This document shows positions 57,933-64,000 of a DNA stretch of 64,000 nt, piece by piece. The notes beneath the pieces were generated by a model that did no database searches, had not been told where the DNA came from, and saw nothing but the letters and a program-made list of their open reading frames with translations. A program made the translations under genes and the position numbers. The stretch is from the NCBI GenBank assembly GCA_963676615.1, contig OY781092.1, positions 448,001 to 512,000 on the forward strand, written 5' to 3'. The stretch is from Candidatus Cloacimonadota bacterium. GTDB taxonomy: Bacteria; Cloacimonadota; Cloacimonadia; G963667145. Position 1 is the first letter of the stretch. Each line of letters opens with the position of its first letter.

Positions 57933-58895
57933 ATGAAAAAATTTTGCATAAAGAGGTCTGCCCGCGAGATAGCTGGCGGACTTTCTTTGTTTTTGCAGGA
58001 GTGTCGTCCTGCGCAGATCGACAATGTGGCGACTTTGGATCAGGCGAACGAAAATTCGCTTTGCTTTTTTCAGCAGGAGAAGTATCGGGAAGATTTACTA
58101 CGGACAAAAGCAGGTTTGGTGCTGGTTCCCGAAGATTTTTCGCTGGATGTGCCGCTGAATATTATCAAAGTGGAAAATCCGTATTTTACTTTTTTGCAGA
58201 TTGTTAAGTCGGTTTTTTGTTCTGAGCAAGAGAGGACGATCAGCAGCAAGGCAAGCATACATCCGACGGCGAAGATTGCAGATGGCGCTCAGATTGGCGA
58301 TTTTGTGAGCATCGGGGCGAATGTTTCGATTGGTAAGAACGCTCTAATTTACCCAAATGTAACGATTTATGAGGATACGGAGATTGGCGATGATGTGATT
58401 GTTCATTCTGGTGCGGTGCTCGGTTCGGACGGTTTTGGTTTTTTGTATCAAAACGGTGAGCAGCACAAAATTCCGCAGCTGGGCAAAGTGGTGATTGGTA
58501 GCGGCGTGGAGATTGGAGCTGGCTCGACTATCGACAGGGGGACGCTGGGTGCGACGACGATTGGCGACGGGACGAAGCTGGATAATTTGGTGCAGATTGG
58601 TCATAATTGCACGATTGGCAAAAATTGCTGTATTTGTGCGCAGGTCGGTCTTGCGGGCAACACAAAGGTCGGCGATTTGGTCTATATCGCAGGGCAAGTG
58701 GGAGCAGCTGGACATCTTTCTATCGGTAGTTATTCTCGCATTGGAGCGAAGTCGGGCGTGATGCGTGATGTGCCAGAACACTCTGAAATTTGGGGAGTTC
58801 CAGCTATCAGCGCCAAAGAGCAAAAGAGGATTATTATCGCCCAAAAACAGATGGCAAAAATCCTCCCGAAGATTAAAAAATTACTAAAAAAATAA
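57933..58895 (+). CDS. lpxD: UDP-3-O-acyl-glucosamine N-acyltransferase
   Basis: Hexapeptide repeats, [29 protein letters not shown]. Confidence 0.95.
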   Translation: MKKFCIKRSAREIAGGLSLFLQECRPAQIDNVATLDQANENSLCFFQQEKYREDLLRTKAGLVLVPEDFSLDVPLNIIKVENPYFTFLQIVKSVFCSEQERTISSKASIHPTAKIADGAQIGDFVSIGANVSIGKNALIYPNVTIYEDTEIGDDVIVHSGAVLGSDGFGFLYQNGEQHKIPQLGKVVIGSGVEIGAGSTIDRGTLGATTIGDGTKLDNLVQIGHNCTIGKNCCICAQVGLAGNTKVGDLVYIAGQVGAAGHLSIGSYSRIGAKSGVMRDVPEHSEIWGVPAISAKEQKRIIIAQKQMAKILPKIKKLLKK

Positions 58896-58908
58896 AGGGC
58901 AGCGAACG

Positions 58909-60306
58909 ATGTCAACCGAGAAAAAGAGAACTATCAGAAAAATTAGCGAGAGCTATACGGGTGTTGGGCTTCATTTGGGCAAAAAGGCGAAGGTGCGTTT
59001 TACGCCAGCTGGTGACGATGTCGGCATCGTTTTCAGGCGTGTAGATTTGGACGGCTCGCCCGAAATTTTGGCGGATATCGATCATGTGGTGGATATCTCC
59101 CGAGGGACGACAATCAGCGACGGCACTGTGTCTATCGCAACCACGGAGCACATTTTGGCAGCGGTCAAAGGGCTGGACATCGACAACATCATCATCGAAA
59201 TCGACGGTCCAGAAGTTCCTGTGGCAGACGGCAGCGCTTTGCCTTTTGTGGAGATGCTCAAAAATGCGGGCATCGTTGAGCAAGAAGCCGAGCGTGAGTA
59301 TTTTGGGCTTACCGAGCCTGTGAGTTATTCGTCGCCAGAGGACAATGTCGATGTGATTATCACGCCGTCGGACAAGCTGAAGATAACTTTTATGGTCGAT
59401 TACAACCACGCTTGCGTGCCAACGCAATACACTTGGCTTCCGTCGATGGATTTGTTTGAAAAGCAGTTTGCGCCTGCCAGAACTTTTTGTTTTGTGAACG
59501 AGATAATTTATCTCAAAGAAAAAGGGCTGATTAAGGGCGGCTCGCTGGACTCTGCGGTGGTAGTGGCTGATCCTGAAAAAGACAAGGATGAAATCAAAAA
59601 GCTGGAAAAACTTTTTGGCTTTTCTTCGCCGATTAAAGTCAGTAGTGGCGGGCTGATTAACGGAACGACGCTGCGTTTTGACAACGAATTTGTCCGCCAC
59701 AAAGCGCTCGATCTTATCGGCGATTTGGCACTTTTGGGAATTCCGATCAAGGGGCATATTTTGGCGGCTCGCTCTGGCCACAAGACCAACATCGAGCTTA
59801 TCAAAAAGTTGCGGGGAATTTACCAAAAACAGCAGTTGGAAAAGAAATTTCAAGAAAAAAGAACCAAGGGAATAGTTTTTGATATCGACGCCATTCAAAA
59901 AATTTTGCCGCACCGTTATCCGTTTTTGCTCGTTGACAAAATCATTGAGTTTGAAACTGGTAAGCGGATTGTGGGCATAAAAAATGTCACATTTAACGAG
60001 CCGTTTTTCAAGGGGCATTTTCCGGGCAAGCCGATTATGCCGGGCGTTTTGATTGTAGAAGCCATGGCGCAGACGGGCGGTTTGATGCTTTTGAATGCGG
60101 AGGAAGACCCATCGAGTATGTTGGCGCTTTTTGCGGGAATCGACAAGGTGCGTTTTCGCGCTCAAGTCAGACCTGGCGACACTTTGCGGTTGGAGCTGGA
60201 TGTGATTTCGCTGCGGCGCAGCATCTGCAAAATGTCGGGCAAAGCTTATGTCGGCTCGAAATTGGCGGCAGAAGCGGAGCTGATGGCTCAAGTGGTGAAA
60301 AGATGA
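58909..60306 (+). CDS. lpxC-fabZ: Bifunctional LpxC deacetylase / FabZ dehydratase
   Basis: GVGLH, TTEH, DGSA, ARTF, RHKALDLIGDL followed by LPHRYPFLLVD and GHFPGKPIMPGVLIVEAMAQ. Confidence 0.95.
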   Translation: MSTEKKRTIRKISESYTGVGLHLGKKAKVRFTPAGDDVGIVFRRVDLDGSPEILADIDHVVDISRGTTISDGTVSIATTEHILAAVKGLDIDNIIIEIDGPEVPVADGSALPFVEMLKNAGIVEQEAEREYFGLTEPVSYSSPEDNVDVIITPSDKLKITFMVDYNHACVPTQYTWLPSMDLFEKQFAPARTFCFVNEIIYLKEKGLIKGGSLDSAVVVADPEKDKDEIKKLEKLFGFSSPIKVSSGGLINGTTLRFDNEFVRHKALDLIGDLALLGIPIKGHILAARSGHKTNIELIKKLRGIYQKQQLEKKFQEKRTKGIVFDIDAIQKILPHRYPFLLVDKIIEFETGKRIVGIKNVTFNEPFFKGHFPGKPIMPGVLIVEAMAQTGGLMLLNAEEDPSSMLALFAGIDKVRFRAQVRPGDTLRLELDVISLRRSICKMSGKAYVGSKLAAEAELMAQVVKR

Positions 60307-61073
60307 TCCACCCGACGGCGATAATCGACCCGAAAGCGAGTCTGGGCAAAGATGTTACGGTTGGACCTTTTAGCATCATCGGACCCAATGTTTGCGTTGG
60401 TGACGGCACGATTATCGAGTCTTCTGTTTTGCTTAAAGAGAATGTGAGGCTCGGCAAAAACAACCACATTTACTCTTTTGCGGTGATTGGCGTGAAGTCG
60501 CAAGACCTAAAAGACGACGGCACGACTGCTGGCGTAGAGATTGGCGATAACAACCAAATTCGCGAGTTTGTGACGATTCACCGCTCGACTAACGCGAACA
60601 CGGCGACCAAAATCGGTTCTGGAAATTTGCTGATGTCGTATGTGCATCTGGCGCACGACTGCATCGTCGGAGACGGCGTGGTTATCGCAAATTCCTGCAA
60701 TTTGGCTGGTCATGTGGAGATTGGCGATCATGTTATTGTGGGCGGTCAGAGTGCAATGAGTCAGTTCGTTAAAGTCGGCTCTTACGCATTTATTGGCGGA
60801 AATTCTGGCGTGACCAAAGATGTGCCGCCGTTCACCAAAGGCGCTGGTTTTCCCTACAAAGTGAAGGCTCTAAACAAAATCGGGCTGGAGCGCAAAGGGC
60901 TTAGCGATCAGGCTATCAAAAAGATTAAAGAGATTTTTAAATTTTTCTATTACGCAAAAATTACTTTTACCGAAGCGAAAAATGTTTACGAGCAAAAACG
61001 AGCGGAACTCTCGCCAGAGCAGTTGATTTTCTTGGATTTCGCGGTAAATTCGAGCAAAGGACTCTCGCGCTAA
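60303..61073 (+). CDS. lpxA: UDP-N-acetylglucosamine O-acyltransferase
   Basis: IHPTAIIDP, QDLK, IREFVTIHR, HLAHDC, LAGHV, DVPPF. Confidence 0.95.
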   Translation: MIHPTAIIDPKASLGKDVTVGPFSIIGPNVCVGDGTIIESSVLLKENVRLGKNNHIYSFAVIGVKSQDLKDDGTTAGVEIGDNNQIREFVTIHRSTNANTATKIGSGNLLMSYVHLAHDCIVGDGVVIANSCNLAGHVEIGDHVIVGGQSAMSQFVKVGSYAFIGGNSGVTKDVPPFTKGAGFPYKVKALNKIGLERKGLSDQAIKKIKEIFKFFYYAKITFTEAKNVYEQKRAELSPEQLIFLDFAVNSSKGLSR

Positions 61074-61101
61074 CCTTTTTCTATAGACAAGGGGGTACTT
61101 G

Positions 61102-64000
61102 TTGGATAATCTGAAAAAGTATTACAACAAGTATAAGTATATTGAGCACAGTTTTCACGAGCTGATGCCCAATAAGGTGAAGAGTATCCTTTTCGTTTCG
61201 TCGTTTTACGACGCTTTCATTTTTGAGCAGGACGGACGCCTTGCCGAGAAAATTCACGGGGAGTATCGTCACCTGAATCTTAGCACTTCGCCGCGCGTGG
61301 ATACTGTCTCGGGAAGTAAAGAGGCGCTGGAGGCGGTGCGAGCCAACAACTATCAGCTGGTCGTTTTGATGATGCGGGTGGACGCTGTTTCGCCTTTTGA
61401 ACTTTCGCAAAAAATTAAAGAGATTCAGCCCGATATTTCGGTGCTACTTCTGCTTAATTCTAATGCGGATGTGCCTAGAATTGAGGCTCGAGATAGTCTG
61501 GGCGGTATCGACGATGTCTTTTTGTGGAGCGGCGAAACTCGGCTTTTTTTGGCGATGATAAAAAGTGTTGAAGACAAAAAAAATATCGCTGCGGATATGA
61601 AAACCGCTCAAGTGCGGGTGATTATTTTTGTCGAAGATTCGATCAATTTCTACTCTAATTTTTTGTCGATTTTGTATTCCAAGATTGTTGAGCAGACCCA
61701 GGAGCTGATCGACGACGAGATTTCGGATATGGCGAAAAGGTATTTGATGCGGGTGCGCCCAAAGGTGATTTTGGTGCACACCTACGAAGATGCGATGAAA
61801 TATTTCAACCGCTACAAAGGAAATGTGTTGTCGATTATCAGCGATATCCGCTATCCAAAAGACGGCAAAATGTGCGATTTGGCTGGTGTTGAGCTGGCGA
61901 AATCTGTGCGGGCGCAGACCTCTATCCCCGTGCTGCTACTGTCTTCGGACAAGGAAAACAAAAAATACGCCGACCAGCTGGGGCTGAAGTTCATTCACAA
62001 AGCGATAACCAAAAATCTGTTCAAAGAGTTTCGGGAGTTTATGGACGACAGGCTCGGATTTGGCAAGTTTGCGTTTATGGATTTGCAAAATAATCGCACC
62101 ATCAGCGCCAAAAAAATTTCCAAAGTGCAAAAAATTTTTGGCGATTTGTCCGATGCGGAATTTTTGCACAACCTCAAAAGGCGCTATCTGGTTTCGTGGC
62201 TTCTCACGCACGGCTACATAGATATTGTCAAAGATTTGCCCGAGCTGATACGGCGCTCGGATTCTGAGCCGCTGGCGGTTATTCGCCGAGATTTGGACAA
62301 TGTTTTTCACAAGCAACGACAGGAAATGAGTCGCGGCAAAATTATTCCTTTTTCTATTTTTGGGATTTATGATATGATGGTAATTCACTCGCTGGCAGGA
62401 GGTTCTGCTGGTGGCAAAGGCAGGGGACTTGCTTTTTTGAACGCCTTATTAACGACGCTGGAGTATGAGAAAAAATACGATAGCGTGGAGATTATGATTC
62501 CCAGAACTTTTTTCATCGGCACCGACGAGTATGACGAATTTTTGACGACAATCGATTTTAACAGCGAAAAAAATTATACAGACGACCAAATCGGCGAGAT
62601 TTTCAAAAAAGGCAGATTGAGCCATAGTTTGCGAAAAAACTTAAAGAAGTTGCTTCGTTATTTGGATAAGCCGCTGGCGGTGCGATCTTCGGGGATGCTC
62701 GAAGATTCGGAGTTTCATCCGTTTGCGGGAATTTACAGCACCTATATGTTGCCCAATTCGAGCGCCGACTTGGATTTGCGCCTTAGCAATCTTGTCAACG
62801 CCATCAAGATGGTTTATGCGTCGGTTTTCAAAAAAGAGGCACGAAGTTACATCGAGGGGTTGAATTTTAACATCGGCGAGGAGAAAATGGCGGTGATAAT
62901 CCAGCAGATTGTCGGTGCGCAAGAGGGAGACTATTTTTTCCCGCATATTGCAGGTGTGGCGCAGTCCTACAACTTTTATCCAACTGGTCCGATGAACTCC
63001 AGCGACGGCGTGGCAGAGCTGGTTTTTGGGCTTGGAGAGATGGCTGTGCGTGGGCAAAAAAATGTGCGAGTTTGTCCAAAATATCCGAAAGTGAACGCTC
63101 TGGATCAGCAGCAGATGATAAAAAACACGCAAGACACTTTTGTGGCGCTGGATCTCAAGGAGAAGCTTTTCGATTTTTCGGACGAGGTTTGTTCGCTGGT
63201 GGAGCTGGACAAAAGCGCCGCTCGTGCGAGCGCTGGCTATCGGCTGGTGGTTTCGACCCAAGATTTGCAAAGCGGTCGGCTCGACCCTGGTTTTTCGGAA
63301 AAAGGGTTCAATGTGATATCGTTTGCCAATGTGCTGATTTACGACTACATTCCGCTTGCCGAGATTTTGGCGGATATTTTGCGGATTGGTCAGCTGGCGA
63401 TGGCGACGCCCGTGGAGATTGAGTTTGCGCTGGTTTTTAATAAAAACGATGTCGGCGGCAAAGCGAAGTTCAACCTTTTGCAGATTCGGCCGCTTTCGGT
63501 GAATAATGTGCAGATTGATTTGAGCGAAAGTGATTTTGCTGGTGCGATTTTACGGGCGGAGAAATGTATGGGCGGCGGCAGATTTGACGATTTATGCGAC
63601 ATTATCTATCTTGATTTGGAAAAATTTGATAACACCAAAACTTTGCAGATGCAAAAAGAGATTGAGCAGTTAAATAAAAAAATGGTGGAGCAAGACCGAA
63701 ATTATGTGCTGATTGGTGTGGGCAGATGGGGGACGCGCGATCGTTTTTTGGGCGTTCCAGTTAGCTGGGGGCAGATTTCGCGAGCAAAGGTGATTGTCGA
63801 GCTTGGCACAGACGATTTTGTGGTGGAGGCCTCGCAAGGCACGCACTTTTTTCACAATCTGATTTCGGCTAATGTTTGTTATTTGACTTTACAGGATAGC
63901 TCCGATTTCGATTATTTGGATTGGGAGCAGATAAAGAGTTGGGATGTTGTGGATTCTGGCGAGTTTTTTGTGCATCGACGAGCGAAAGAGAGTCTGGAAT
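61102..64000 (+). CDS. PEP/pyruvate-binding (PPDK N-terminal) domain protein with N-terminal receiver-like regions; runs off the window end
   Basis: Not in the ORF track. Manual translation from TTG: ILFVSSFYDAFIFEQDGRL, GGKGRGLAF, PLAVRSSGMLED...PFAGIYSTY, EEKMAVIIQ, GRWGTRD..LGVPV.W, SQGTHFFHN; frame spot-checked only. Confidence 0.85.
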   Translation, partial: MDNLKKYYNKYKYIEHSFHELMPNKVKSILFVSSFYDAFIFEQDGRLAEKIHGEYRHLNLSTSPRVDTVSGSKEALEAVRANNYQLVVLMMRVDAVSPFELSQKIKEIQPDISVLLLLNSNADVPRIEARDSLGGIDDVFLWSGETRLFLAMIKSVEDKKNIAADMKTAQVRVIIFVEDSINFYSNFLSILYSKIVEQTQELIDDEISDMAKRYLMRVRPKVILVHTYEDAMKYFNRYKGNVLSIISDIRYPKDGKMCDLAGVELAKSVRAQTSIPVLLLSSDKENKKYADQLGLKFIHKAITKNLFKEFREFMDDRLGFGKFAFMDLQNNRTISAKKISKVQKIFGDLSDAEFLHNLKRRYLVSWLLTHGYIDIVKDLPELIRRSDSEPLAVIRRDLDNVFHKQRQEMSRGKIIPFSIFGIYDMMVIHSLAGGSAGGKGRGLAFLNALLTTLEYEKKYDSVEIMIPRTFFIGTDEYDEFLTTIDFNSEKNYTDDQIGEIFKKGRLSHSLRKNLKKLLRYLDKPLAVRSSGMLEDSEFHPFAGIYSTYMLPNSSADLDLRLSNLVNAIKMVYASVFKKEARSYIEGLNFNIGEEKMAVIIQQIVGAQEGDYFFPHIAGVAQSYNFYPTGPMNSSDGVAELVFGLGEMAVRGQKNVRVCPKYPKVNALDQQQMIKNTQDTFVALDLKEKLFDFSDEVCSLVELDKSAARASAGYRLVVSTQDLQSGRLDPGFSEKGFNVISFANVLIYDYIPLAEILADILRIGQLAMATPVEIEFALVFNKNDVGGKAKFNLLQIRPLSVNNVQIDLSESDFAGAILRAEKCMGGGRFDDLCDIIYLDLEKFDNTKTLQMQKEIEQLNKKMVEQDRNYVLIGVGRWGTRDRFLGVPVSWGQISRAKVIVELGTDDFVVEASQGTHFFHNLISANVCYLTLQDSSDFDYLDWEQIKSWDVVDSGEFFVHRRAKESLE

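Noticed and set aside
58912..60291. Long antisense ORFs (459 aa here; also 55858..57024, 53836..54846, 33897..34940)
   Set aside because: They shadow well-supported genes on the opposite strand, have no recognisable motifs and are explained by codon bias.
58909..60306. LpxC-FabZ fusion as a novelty
   Set aside because: Well known in Bacteroidota and related phyla; useful only as a taxonomic hint.

Overview
A bacterial chromosomal window using the standard genetic code. The fused lpxC-fabZ gene, the lamin-tail/FlgD-Ig protein, the PEP/pyruvate-binding regulator-like gene and the 16S signatures suggest an FCB-related diderm, possibly Cloacimonadota (inferred, not classified). Most of the window is housekeeping genes: mutS2, pyk, gltX, greA, moaC/mog, purB, purU, murI, priA, aroC, tkt, rpmB and skp-lpxD-lpxC/fabZ-lpxA. 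The unusual content lies at about 8.9-20.4 kb, around one complete rRNA operon (16S-tRNA-Ile-tRNA-Ala-23S-5S). (1) The 23S gene carries an insert bounded by a perfect 20-bp inverted repeat that encodes an intact small GIY-YIG nuclease, at a non-classical IVS position. (2) A (GTCA)5 repeat inside a leader peptide sits just upstream of an intrinsic terminator and looks like a frameshift-controlled ON/OFF attenuator for a large lipoprotein gene. (3) A deleted four-helix-bundle-like gene flanked by inverted heptamer arrays lies between the two spacer tRNAs. (4) An intact IS256 has inserted into a palindromic element that has a sister copy in the 23S-5S spacer. (5) A decayed integron (integrase remnant, attI-like site, attC) holds one cassette with a HEPN-motif gene translationally coupled to a Cas2/VapD-like gene, a candidate toxin-antitoxin or defence module. 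All calls come from reading the sequence by eye; no database searches were run.
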